This document shows, piece after piece, positions 10,468 through 22,063 of a stretch of DNA of 64,000 nucleotides. The stretch's first letter is position 1. The number at the start of each line of letters is the position of its first letter. Location: NCBI GenBank assembly GCA_965645245.1, contig OZ287075.1, forward strand, positions 2,356,001 through 2,420,000, written 5' to 3'. The notes beneath the pieces were generated by a model that had not been told where the DNA came from, did no database searches, and saw nothing but the letters and a program-made list of their open reading frames with translations. Source of the DNA: Massalongia carnosa (Eukaryota). The position numbers and the translations under genes are program-made.

Positions 10468-13400
10468 CTATGCCTCGTGGCATTGGCAACGGGGAATTTG
10501 ACAGGGGTTTAGATGAGGGCCGGCCGCATTGGGATAGGCTTGGTGGTATTCGTCTGACAATTGATGAGATAGTTTGTAATAGCGCGGCAATACAGGACTG
10601 CGCTAGCTCCTGAGATGACTCACCCAAGAAGACCGGGTGACTGATAATCCGGATGCTTAGTCATGATAAGGCGGATAGCAATACTAAGCCATCAGCAATC
10701 AGCCTTACCAGTTTATTAGGCAGCAACTGAAGCTATTCAGATAAGCCTCGATCTCATGGGAGGCCTGGGACGCCTAGGAGACCTCAGCTGAAGGCAACAA
10801 GGCTATCTGCTAGACCTCAGCTGAAGGCAACAAGGCTATCTGCTAGACCTCAGCTGAAGGCAACAAGGTTATCTGCTAGACCTCAGCTGAAGGCAGCAAG
10901 GCTATCTACTAGACCTCAGCTGAAGGCAACAAGGCAGACAGGTAACCAGACAAGTAGTTAGTAAATAGGACCCCAAGGGGTATATAGAAAGCTCGATTCC
11001 CATCTTCAGGGAATCAGCTTTTAGCTTTAGCACCTACCAATCTATTAGCAGTCACACTGAGCATTATAACCCATAAGGACTAGTGTCTACTGTCCCTCTT
11101 ATATAGTTGAAAGGCTCCCAGGTGGAAGGATGCCCTTCCCAATCCACTAGGTATTTCAGAAGCGGCGGTTGAAAACGTCGGTCGAGCTTGGAATTCAATA
11201 CCCTATTGACATACCATTCTCGTTGGCCATCTTCGGCGATGACGGGGTCTCTAGGCTCCGGTCTCTGCCCGAGGAGGGGGTCATTGGCATCATGCTGCAA
11301 CAGATTGACGTGAAAGACGGGATGGATTTTGACGGTATCGGGAAGCTCCAGCTGTACGATCAAGGGGTTAGAAAACACCTTGCTGACGCGGTAGGGGCCG
11401 ATATTTCGGTCATCCAGCTTGACTGTGGGGCGAGCGGTTTGGATATTTCTGGTGCTTAGCCACACCATATCGCCAACGAAATAGCGGGGGCAGGGACGTC
11501 GGTTAGCATTTGCAGTTGCTTCGTACGAAGCTTGGGCCATCAGCATTTCGTCTCGAAGATGAGTGTCGATATCCTGCATCTTATTCACGAACTGATTGGC
11601 TGCAACTAGGTTTGCTCTGCCCTGAGCGGTTAGGTCTTGCGGCAGGGGTTCCTCCGGTTCAAATCCCATGCGGGGATGTTGCCCGAAGTTGGCTAGGAAG
11701 GGGGAGGCCAGGATACTAGATGAATCGGTGTTATTGCTGGCGAATTCGGCGCCAGGAAGCCATTGTGCCCAGTCATCCTGCATGTAGTTGACATAAGCCC
11801 TTAGGTAGTGCTCCATGGTGGCGTTGGCTCGCTCGGTCTGCCCGTCGGTCTCCGGGTGGTATCCGGTGGATAGCTTGGCGTCGATTTTCAGCCTCTTGCA
11901 CATGAGCTGCCAGAAATCGGAGACGAATTGGGGGCCACGATCAGAAACCATGGCTTCGGGAAGCCCATGTAGTTTCCAGACATTCTGATAGAACGCATCG
12001 GCGGCGTCTTCAACTTCCATGGACGTGATAGGAATGAAATATCGCATCTTGGACAGGCGATCTATAACCACCAAGATGTAGCGATAAGTGATTCCCATGA
12101 AGGTGCTGGGGGTCAGGGGGCCTACATAATCCATGGAAATATCCCGCCATCTGCGCTCGGGGGGGGGGAGTGGGCGTAGCCAGCCCTGATAGCGCTGGCG
12201 GGATGGTTTTGATCTTCTGCAAGTGTGGCAGTTTCGGATAAATCGCTTGATGGACTGATGCATGCTGGGCCACCAGTAGGATCGATTTACCAACTCATGG
12301 CATTTGGAACGGCCCGGATGTCCGCCGGCGACGCTATCGTGAGCGAGTTGAATGATACGAAGCCTCAGACGATCGGATCGAGGTACGTATTTCTTGTTTC
12401 GAAAATACAAGATACCGTCCCTATCTTCGCATTCGGCTAATTGGATTCGATTGTGATGCCTCTCGTTATTACGAAGGGCTTCCAGGACTTCGGGGGCGAA
12501 TTGGTCTCGTGTCAGGGCTTGTTCCCAGAGGAGCTCCGTGGAGATATCCTCATCGGGATCGATGAGGTCCTCATCTAGCTGAGGTTCTGCTTCTTCGATA
12601 TCTGCATCATCTAGGAAAGCTGGTGCCAGAAGAATGGATCGCAAATAACTTTTTGCGACTTCCTCATCCAGGTTTTCGGTTTTCAAAATGGTTTGGTGTT
12701 GAAATTTCCTTCGCTCGTCCGTATCATCCCCTTCTTTAGGAAGATCTCCCGATCGACGAGTTAGAGCGTCCGGTTTTCCTCCGGCTTTTCCTGGTCGATA
12801 GACTATCTTGAAGTCAAATCGAGAGAGAAATTCGCTCCATCTAGCTTGGCGACGGCTGAGCTGCTTGGTGGAGGCAAAATACTCCAGGTTTTTGTGGTCG
12901 GATATGACGCTGATGGGGAAGGCAGATCCTTCTAGTTCGGGTCGCCATTCTTCAAAACATCGAACGATTGCCATCAGTTCTTTGTCATAGATCTCGTAGT
13001 TGCACTCGGCGGGATTGTGCTTCTTTGAGAAGTAGGCGACGGGGTGAAGTATCCCATCATCGTCGTATTGAGAAAGAATGCCCCCCGAAACATAGTCGGA
13101 GGCATCGGTTTCGACGATGATGGGACGATCGGGGTCGAAATGCCTGAGAATGACATCGGAGGTGAAAGCTTTTTTCAGCATTTCGAATGCCAATTGGCAT
13201 TTGTCAGTCCACAGGAATTCCGTCTCCTTCTTGGTCAGGTTGGTTAGGGGGCCAGCTATGTCGCTAAACCCATACACGAATCGTCTATAAAAGTTAGCAA
13301 AACCCAGAAAGCTTTGCACATCTTTCACATTGACGAGGTTTGGCCAATTGACGACGGTTTCCACCTTGGCCGGGTCCATTTTTATCCCTTCGGTGGTCAC

Positions 13401-15419
13401 GATCATCCCTAGGTATGCAATTTCGGTGACATGGAACTTGCACTTGGTGATGTCGGCTTGCAGGCCTGCATCTCGGAGTCGAGACAGGATTTTTTTGACG
13501 TGGACCTCGTGCTCCAGCTCATTGTCACTGTAGATGAGGATATCATCTAGGTACGCAGTGCAAAAGTCAGCAAGATACTCGTGAAGCGTATCGTTGATGA
13601 AGTGCTGAAATGAGGCGGGCCCGTTGCATAGGCCGAAGGGTAGGACCAAGGACTCGAAAAGGCCGAAACGAGTGCGAAAAGCGGTGAGTTCTTCGTCTCC
13701 TTCTCGTATGCGGAGCATATTGAAGGCGGCGATGATGTCTATCTTGGTGAATATCTTGGCTTTGATTAATTGGTGCAGGGTCTCGGCGATCAAGGGCAGC
13801 GGATAGCGATCCTTAATCGTGATGGCATTCAGAGCACGATAATCCACGCAAAATCGAAGTCCCCCACCTGGCTTTTTCACGAACATCACCGGGGAGGCGG
13901 CGTGGGAGCGACTAGCCCGAATAAATCCCTTGGCTAGATTTTCGTCGAGGTAGCGGTGGAGCTCCTCGATTTCGGTACGACTCATACCATACAGGGCCTG
14001 ACTAGGGGCCTGCGTACCTTCTTTCAGGTTTATGGCATGATCGTAGGGACGGCGGGGGGGCAAGTCTTCGGATTTCTTCTTCGAGAAGACATCTAGGAAT
14101 TCGTGGTATTGCTTGGGCAGAAGGGGGGCTGGGTCGACGTTCTTACTTTCTCGGTAAGCGTCTAACTCTTCACGAGTCACGGCGGTGGCTAGGGTTAGGG
14201 CCTTATTCATCTTAAATAAGGCTAGGTGGATTTCTTTCTCGTGCGGGCTTGCTCGAGATGGCAATGGTTGGTAGGCTGGGCTGGGTTTTTTGGCTTTTTC
14301 GATCAAATCGGGGGCTGAACTAGGTGAGGCTTTCATTACTAGAGGTTCGGGGTTGGTTTTTCCTAGAAAGAGGTCAATTTCTTTCATGGACAGGGCGAAA
14401 CTATCGAGGTTTTTCTTCCGAGTCAGTCGATTGAAGGAGATAGCTCCGATTTCGCAGACATTCATCTGCGGGGTGGTTTTGCGTGCTGCTTGATGAGCAC
14501 GTCTTTGGGTGGATGTCCGCAATTTGGACGGGCTTCGGTATCGGATTTTCGGGGGGGGAAGCCCTTGCTGGATTGCATTTTCAATGCGACTGGGTTCATC
14601 GGTGGGGTTTTGAGGCTGGGGTTCGGGTTCATTGATTTCGGGTTTGATTAAGGTGAAATCGCGCGGCGCGGTTTTGAACAAAGGGATGGATTCCTCGATT
14701 TTGACGGGATTGTCAGGAATGGAATTTTTGATTGTGGGAATTTCTTCCCCCTCTTCTAGAGAAGTTATCGACGTTCTGATAGACGTGTCTTGATTGATAA
14801 CTTTTCCTAGGGCGTCTTCGAGGATCTCTTCATCACAGATTTTTCGACTCTCGGCTGGGGTGAGGAATTCTTCCTCAACGGCTTGAAGCTTGACGGGGTG
14901 GGGGCAACAGTGAGTGAGGCAGTAGGGGGAGGCAAAGGTGAGCGTATTATGCCCAAAATCGGCTATGGCGTTATGCCGGCGGAGCCATGGATGGCCCAGG
15001 ATAATGGGATAATTTTTTAACCCGGTGACATATAGAAAGAGTTTTTCTACATGACCTTCTAGATCCATGGTGATTTCGGCCACATGAGTGATATTGCCGG
15101 ATAGAGCCCTTTGGCCGTCGAATCCTTCGAGCCGGCGGGGATATTTGAGAAGATGAAGGGGAATTTGGTTACTATGCGCAAATTTCTCATCGATGAATGA
15201 AAAGCCAGATGCACCACAATCAATTAGATTATACGTTCTAATCCTAGATCTAGATAATCGCAAGATACCTGTCATCACCATGTGACTGTCTCTGAACGTC
15301 TTATCTGATTCAAACAGCTCCAAAGCGGAGGCTGCGGAAAATCGCGTATTGGATCTCAAAGAGGGGGAAAAACTGGCCATCAAACATGAGGAAATGAGAA
15401 GGGGGGGGAGTCCCTGCAC
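10468..15419 (-). CDS. pol: B2 pol (protease LIDCGA, RT, RNase H, integrase, chromodomain); chromodomain disrupted by solo LTR D
   Basis: 1451-aa ORF to 11064; the true C-terminus resumes below 10570 and ends at 10468. Confidence 0.93.
10575..11103 (+). mobile_element. Solo LTR of family D (five 33-bp internal units)
   Basis: TSD TAGTT; homologous to 17455-17917 and 49373-49868. Confidence 0.94.
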
Positions 15420-15436
15420 GCGACGATGTGCAGAGA

Positions 15437-16579
15437 CTAGGCTTTTCCCTGATCAATATCAGGGGCTTCGAGCTCCATGCTCCGAAGGTTGGTTCGCTTG
15501 TTGGGACAGTCAGTTGCTGACTTCCCTGGATGCTGCAATTTGCAGTAGAAACACAACTTCCAGTCTTCGCAGATTTTGCGGACCCCCTCGGTTTTGAGCG
15601 ATTGGCCTTTCACCGCTGCCATGGCAGAGCTTAGGTCCATGGGGTCGCCAATGAGCAGCGCAGGGGAGGCGGGAGAAGCGACAGGTGCTTTAGCAGCGGG
15701 AGCGACTGTCGGGGGAAGTGCTGATAACGGGTTTGGCTTTTTCGGTGTCGGGGTGATAGTGGTGGTGTTCGCCTTTGGGGCAATGTGGCGGATCTGCCGA
15801 AGGCCACGATCTGTCTCCAACCACATGGTGACGTGCTCGTCGAAGGTGGTTGGTTGCCTTTGGGTTCCGGGGACCCTATACATTAGGGCTGCGGTCTGGG
15901 TTGAATAATTCACATTTGCCTTCATGGCATCGATCAGGCTGGCATCTTCCATCTTGGACCGGTCTTTTTTCTGCGCAAAAAGGTTGTAGTACTCCTCGAA
16001 GCTACTACTTCCCTGTTTGAGGATATCGCGAAGGTATTTGCGAGCATCCTCCTGCTCGTAGGGATTTCCGCATGCGCGGCGGAGGGCTGATCGCCATTCA
16101 GCAAATGAGGTGAGTACGCAAAGGCCATCGACCCTATACGCATTCATTAGGTTATGAGCCTTTTTGCCTATGGTGAGTCGGCTTTCGGCATAGGCAATTT
16201 TGGCTTGATCGAACGGGTATCGATCATTGTTGACATGCATTCTTTGAATCAGGGACTGCTCCCACGCATCCAGCTTGACTTCTTCGCCCTCATACTCCGT
16301 GATGTCCGGGAGCTTTTCGGAGCGGATGAGGGAGTTTTTTGACGCCAGGAGCAGCTGCATCATGGCCATGATTTGCGGATCCAAGGTAGGGGGGGGTGGA
16401 TTTGAGATAGGTATGGGCTCGGAAATAGAAGGGGTATTGGCATTGTTGCGAAGTTGGTTTACTTCGGCTTCTAGGTTGTCCATTTGACTCAGGAATTGCT
16501 GAGGGTCTGCCTGAAGACGTTCCTGAATGAATCGAATACGCTTATCCAGCTCCGAGAGGTTCTCTTCTGCTGAAGACAT
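15437..16579 (-). CDS. gag: B2 gag
   Basis: 380-aa ORF with SEKLPD, GDPMDLS and a CFYC..H....C knuckle. Confidence 0.92.
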   Translation of the reverse strand: MSSAEENLSELDKRIRFIQERLQADPQQFLSQMDNLEAEVNQLRNNANTPSISEPIPISNPPPPTLDPQIMAMMQLLLASKNSLIRSEKLPDITEYEGEEVKLDAWEQSLIQRMHVNNDRYPFDQAKIAYAESRLTIGKKAHNLMNAYRVDGLCVLTSFAEWRSALRRACGNPYEQEDARKYLRDILKQGSSSFEEYYNLFAQKKDRSKMEDASLIDAMKANVNYSTQTAALMYRVPGTQRQPTTFDEHVTMWLETDRGLRQIRHIAPKANTTTITPTPKKPNPLSALPPTVAPAAKAPVASPASPALLIGDPMDLSSAMAAVKGQSLKTEGVRKICEDWKLCFYCKLQHPGKSATDCPNKRTNLRSMELEAPDIDQGKA

Positions 16580-17170
16580 GATTGAGGGGGAATGAGATAA
16601 AGGGAGATGAGGGAAAATGCTATGGAAGGCACTTTTGAATGTTGGTCGAACGTAATGTCACGAAATCAGGTCGAGGGCAAGGGCAAAGGCAAGGTGGGTT
16701 GATGGTCAAGCTTATTGATTGAGTCTATAGCTATGAATCTAGGCTAGGCTAGGTGGGCTATTCAAGACGTTCGACAAAGAATCAGAACTTCCATGATTCG
16801 ACTTCTTTCTTATATCTTTGTCCTCCCATATTCATCTTTCTAGGGTGGCGGCGAATGATGTCTAGTCAGTGCGATGATGAATGAGGGGCATTATAGCGGC
16901 AATAAGCACGATGGGGTCAGCGAGGAGACGGGAGATGTCAAACATCAATGCGAAGCTATTAGACATGATAATAGTCGAAAGACGGGAATAAATCATCAAT
17001 GCGAGGCTGATTAATGATCAGTAATCGGCGAATTCGAAGAATGATATGAGGGTCCCGAAGGCATGGCACGACGTCCGTGAGTAGTCATCAGATCAAGGCA
17101 CGTGATAGAGGCACGTGGTGAGGTCGGAGGCATTTCATGACACCACTCATCCCTCCAGTCTTGTCATCAT

Positions 17171-17983
17171 TGTCATGGAGTGACTGGGCACCTGCCAGTT
17201 AGTTCATTGATTCAACCTTAGCTGCTTGAACGAAGCACTAGCCGGTTAGCCGATCCGAAAGGAACTAAGCTTAATCCGGTTCAAAGGTAAGTTTTCCGAC
17301 TATCAATATTGTCATGGCGATAGTTTCATGCTAGGGACTTGGGGAAATTGGATCAACGGCTGGATTGGGACTAGTACCGTTCGCCAGAGTCTTATACTCG
17401 CCCACGTTGGATTTTCTGTTTCTTTTCTCCTTGTCGAACGTCTTGTCCACCTAGTATAATAGCGCGGCAATACAGGACTGCGCTAGCTCCTGGGATGACT
17501 CACCCAAGAAGACCGGGTGACTGATAATCCGGATGCTTAGTCATGATAAGGCGGATAGCAATACTAAGCCATCAGCAATCAGCCTTACCAGTTTGTTAGG
17601 CAGCAAATGAAGCTATTCAGATAAGCCTCGATCTCATGGGAGGCCTGGGACGCCTAGGAGACCTCAGCTGAAGGCAACAAGGCTATCTGTTAGACCTCAG
17701 CTGAAGGCAACAAGGCTATCTACTAGACTTCAGCTGAAGGCAACAAGGCAGACAGGTAACCAGACAAGTAGTTAGTAAATAGGACCCCAAGGGGTATATA
17801 GAAAGCTCGATTCCCATCTTCAGGGAATCAGCTTTTAGCTTTAGCACCTACCAATCTATTAGCAGTCACACTGAGCATTATAACCCATAAGGACTAGTGT
17901 CTACTGTCCCTCTTATACCTAGCTAGACAATAAAGTAACACGTTTGCACCACCTGAATTCCTACCTGACCTCGCACCGTGACA
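17171..17983 (+). mobile_element. Solo LTR of family A containing a nested solo LTR D
   Basis: TSD ATCAT; matches 95-448. Confidence 0.93.
17455..17917 (+). mobile_element. Solo LTR of family D (three 33-bp units)
   Basis: TSD CCTAG. Confidence 0.93.
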
Positions 17984-18547
17984 ATCATGACCGACTGGTT
18001 TCGCAGCCTCACTTCAATCATTGAGCCTCACTTCAATCATTGAGATTCGAATCCCTCCTCGACCCAATGACATGATAGCAGAAACTATTCGCGACGACTT
18101 CTTCAACAGCAGCCGGCCCTCCTCCGTATCCAGCCGCGACGGTTTTCCCCCCGCCCCTCCCCCGCGCCTTCCCCTAGCCCCGCCAGCTCGCACACCTCTA
18201 CCCCTCCGCGTCCGCCTTCACCTCCTTCTGTCATGGTGTGAGCGCGAGATGCTCTGCTAAGCGATACCTCCCGACACGCTAAATGTTTTAGGTATCGCGT
18301 TAGCCTTAGTGGGGAGCTAACCGCATTCAGGTAAGGAAATGGGTTCCGGGAGTTACATGGAAAATCTCTGCAGCAACTGATGCTTTCTTCCTTGTGTTCG
18401 TCTTGTCTATCTAGTATAGTCATAGCTAGCAATGCCACTACCTTCACCACCTGAATAGGCCCCCCCGTTGCCGCCTCGTAACATTACGAACACCTCACCC
18501 GTGTTCAGGTGGTGCTCCGTTCCTCGTTTCTCATTCACCTCTTTTGT

Positions 18548-19795
18548 ATGGCTTCCAGTTCCTCGTCCAAGATAGCCACGCCCCGTTCCGAATCAAGTCC
18601 TGGCCTTTTCCCCCCAAGCTTCGATGACGAGGATTCTCTCGCCCCTCATGTTGCATCTATTGAGGCCTGGAGTCAATCAGTCCAAAAATTCCCTCATGAA
18701 TGGTATCATCAAGCAATTCAGTCCGCCAACCGATCAGCGACCCTTCAGGGCTTTCTAACGGAAAAATCAAATCAGTATGACTTTCTGGAAGCTGAGCATA
18801 ATAATATCCGTAGCCAGTTGCAGACCTCCAATAACGAGAACATCGCCTCTCGAGCCACCATCGCCAGCCTCCGTCAGCAGATCAGTGACGATCATCATCA
18901 TCCCGCCGCCCAGCGCGAGGCGCGCTCAGAGAAATTGCCGGACATCCCGAAGTTCTCGGGCAAGAAGGACGAGTTGCGCGAGTGGGTCACCCAGCTTAAC
19001 CTGAAGCTCTTTGTGAATCAAGACCGTTTCACGAATCTCAAAGCCGGCCTTCTGTACGCCACCATCAGCCGCTTAGAGGGTTGTGCCATGGCGCAAGTGC
19101 AACCCTACGTCAAGTCTCACAACGAAGTGAGTATCCCTGATGTGGCAGGTTTATTGGCTATGTTGGAGAGGGCCTTTGGGGACCCGGACAAAAAGGCCAC
19201 GGCACAGCGGGAACTGCGGTCCCTGCGCCAGGCTAACAAGGAATTCCATGTCTACCTCTCGGACTTCCAGCGTATTGCCCCGGATACCAATTTCGACGAG
19301 GAGGCAATGCGCTCAGCTCTGCTGGAAGGCATCAGTGACGAGCTGAAGCAGCTCATGGTTACCCAAATCACTCCCGAGGACCTCGACGAACTGGTGACCC
19401 TCCTCCAACGGCTAGACACCCGCCAACGGAATGTCAATGCTTCCCTCCGGAAGCCATTCTCCCCCCGGTCCACCCCACCTTTTTCTGGTATGGGGACCCC
19501 CCCTCATAACCCCCGGTCGGGAGGAGTCGCCCTCCCCCGATCCGTCTCTTCTTCCGCCGCCTCCCCGTCTCCCCTTCCGGCCGCCGAGCCAAAGGACCTC
19601 TCCGCCACACACAGAGGTAAGTTACCTCAAGCAGAAGTCACCCGTCGGATGAACGAAGGGTTGTGCCGGTACTGTGGGGGGTCAGGACATTTTGCGGCCG
19701 TCTGCCCTCGAATGGGAGAAACCAAGCCGCGAACCTCTCGGCTGAACGAGTCCTCTCTAGCTGAGGTCTCGGAAAACGCGTCGTCTTCGGGCTAA
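18548..19795 (+). CDS. gag: Element C gag
   Basis: SEKLPDIPKFSG, LRQ, CRYCGGSGHFAAVC knuckle. Confidence 0.9.
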   Translation: MASSSSSKIATPRSESSPGLFPPSFDDEDSLAPHVASIEAWSQSVQKFPHEWYHQAIQSANRSATLQGFLTEKSNQYDFLEAEHNNIRSQLQTSNNENIASRATIASLRQQISDDHHHPAAQREARSEKLPDIPKFSGKKDELREWVTQLNLKLFVNQDRFTNLKAGLLYATISRLEGCAMAQVQPYVKSHNEVSIPDVAGLLAMLERAFGDPDKKATAQRELRSLRQANKEFHVYLSDFQRIAPDTNFDEEAMRSALLEGISDELKQLMVTQITPEDLDELVTLLQRLDTRQRNVNASLRKPFSPRSTPPFSGMGTPPHNPRSGGVALPRSVSSSAASPSPLPAAEPKDLSATHRGKLPQAEVTRRMNEGLCRYCGGSGHFAAVCPRMGETKPRTSRLNESSLAEVSENASSSG

Positions 19796-21310
19796 GTCGC
19801 CCTCGAAGACGTTCAGAAGGGGTCCCTGTGTCGATTTCAGCCTTTTCTCACTCAGAAGATTCGTTAGACGGTAGACATTGTGTCATATCTATAGCACTCT
19901 CTGTGGAAAATCGAGTTATACACACCCATGCTTTGATTGATTGGGGTGCCTCGGGCTACGCATTCATTGATTCATCCTTCGCGCGAAACAATTCCCTGCC
20001 TTTCACCCCTCTTGTCCGTCCTCGTATCCTCGAAGTAGTCGATGGTCGCCCCGCGGCGGTCGGAAAACTTACTCATCTGATCAAGTCAAGGATGCGAATA
20101 AACCGTCATTCCGAGCAAGGCTCGTTCTTAGTTACCCAACTGGGTCATTATCGTGTCGTCCTGGGAGTCAAGTGGCTTCAAGTTCATGACCCCTCCGTTA
20201 GCTGGACTGAAAATACCCTGACCTTCTCGTCCACGTACTGTTTCCAGGAGTTTTTAGAGAATAAACACGTCCCTCTTGTCATTTCTGGCCTTCCTGATCC
20301 ATCTGAAGGGACTCCTGAGTCCGCTTCGTCCCTGTCCTTGAAAACCGTCGAATCACGCAAGAACGAGGTCTCTTGTATGAAAACTCCTGAAACCCTGAAA
20401 GTCAGTGAGAACAAGGTCTCTCGCTCCACTCCTAGAACTCTCGAAGTCAGTTTATTAAACGCTCCTTCAAGTCCTGAATCCCGAACACTTCTTGAGCCAC
20501 CGATCTCGAACGCACGACCAATGACGGTCTGCACGGAATCTCCCGATCCCTCACCTATGAGCATTTACATGGTTGGAGCCGCTCCATTCTCGACCCTGAT
20601 GAAGGACCGGAAGAACGAAATCTTCACCGCTTCCATGTATGAAATTGACAAAGCCCTTGAACAACTCAGAAATCCGAGAGAGAAATTCAATCTCTCCGCC
20701 TCGTCCCTCGAAGATATCGCCAAGTCCTTGAAGCCCAAGAAAATCATCGATCCCGCCAGTATAGTGCCCGTGGAATTTCACGATCTTCTAGACGTCTTCT
20801 CCAAGCAAGAAGCCGATAAACTACCCCCGCACCGCTCCTACGATCATAAAATCGTTCTCAAGGAAGGAGCCATACCCTCGTCAGGCCCGCTGTACAAGAT
20901 ATCAGCTCCTGAACTACTAGTCTTGCAGAAATACTTGAAAGAAAACCTAGCCAAATGATTTATTCGTGCCAGCTCCTCGCCCTGCTCCTCGCCCGTGTTA
21001 TTCGCCCGAAAACCGTCGGGAGGACTGCGTTTCTGTGTAGACTATCGAGCTCTGAACGCGATCACGATCAAGAATCGCTATCCAATACCACTGATTCAAG
21101 AAACACTAGATCGTCTTGCCAAGGCCATGATTTTCTCTAAGTTTCACATCATCGCGGCTTTCAATAAGCTACGAATGCAGAGCGGGCAAGAATGGATGAC
21201 CGCTTTCAAGACCAGGTACGGTCTCTTCGAATATGAAGTATTGCCTTTCGGACTTTCAGGGGGGCCCAGCTCCTTTCAGCACTATATCAACGACGTCCTT
21301 CGAGAATATT

Positions 21311-21688
21311 TAAGTAATTCGGCTAGGGCGAAAGGTAATGACGGGACCGAGTGGAGGCAGGCCGTGGATAGCCAACGAAGGCCGAAGGCCGAAGAAGGAT
21401 GATGTCCAAATAGTTGGACAAGGAGGGGAAAGAAAGGGCATAAATAGATGGCCTTTTGGCACTCTTCTCCTCATCATCACCATTGATTCGGAGTTCAGCA
21501 CCAAAAGGTCTTTTGCCCACCCACCCACTCCCTAAGTCAGCCGCATAGGTAGATGGAGTTTTTCCCCTCACTGCTGCCAAAACAAAGCCATTATAGGAGG
21601 GGCCCTCAGCAAAACTGAGCGCCAGCAGGGCAGCAGCGAGGGGAGAGTTGCCCAAACATAGATAGAAATTACATATGTTCAGCTGACA
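21311..21688 (-). mobile_element. LTR-like insert, one end truncated, replacing the RT active-site segment of C
   Basis: Non-coding insert ending in TGACA between LREY and CEFFVT; no TSD. Confidence 0.55.
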
Positions 21689-21830
21689 CGATGGGTGAGT
21701 TCTTCGTCACCGAAAGCACTTACCTGGGACTTATCATTTCGGATAAAGGGATCAAGATGGACCCACGAAAAGTTCAGACGATCAAGGACTGGATAACACC
21801 CAAGAACATTAAGAATATTCAAGCTTTCGT

Positions 21831-22063
21831 TGTGACGAGACGGAATCAATGAGATAAGATAAGGTGGTACAAAGTCTTTGCTCTAGGTAGGCTATCGGAT
21901 ATTTACAAGACGTTCGACAAGGAAGAAAGAAAATCTCAACAGCGAAAGCAAAGATATAATCTTTCCGTTGATCGCGCTAACCATGCTGAGCCTAGCCCTC
22001 GCTTATCATTCAAGCCTTAGCGCCGTGACTCGATTCGGGTGCTAGCGAGGCAGTACCGTGACA
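21831..22063 (-). mobile_element. Solo Gypsy LTR (233 bp)
   Basis: TG..CA ends, TSD TTCGT, carries CTTGTCGAACGTCTTG. Confidence 0.92.

Larger units (their letters stand above)
9938..17142 (-). mobile_element. Full-length Gypsy chromovirus B2; LTRs 16656-17142 (5') and 9938-10424 (3')
   Basis: 487-bp LTRs with about 3 differences, TSD CCACT, PPT AAGGGGGAGCTAC, gag and pol. Confidence 0.97.

Noticed and set aside
11064..11103. C-terminus IRGTVDTSPYGL of the 1451-aa ORF
   Set aside because: Read-through into inserted LTR D; the real end is at 10468
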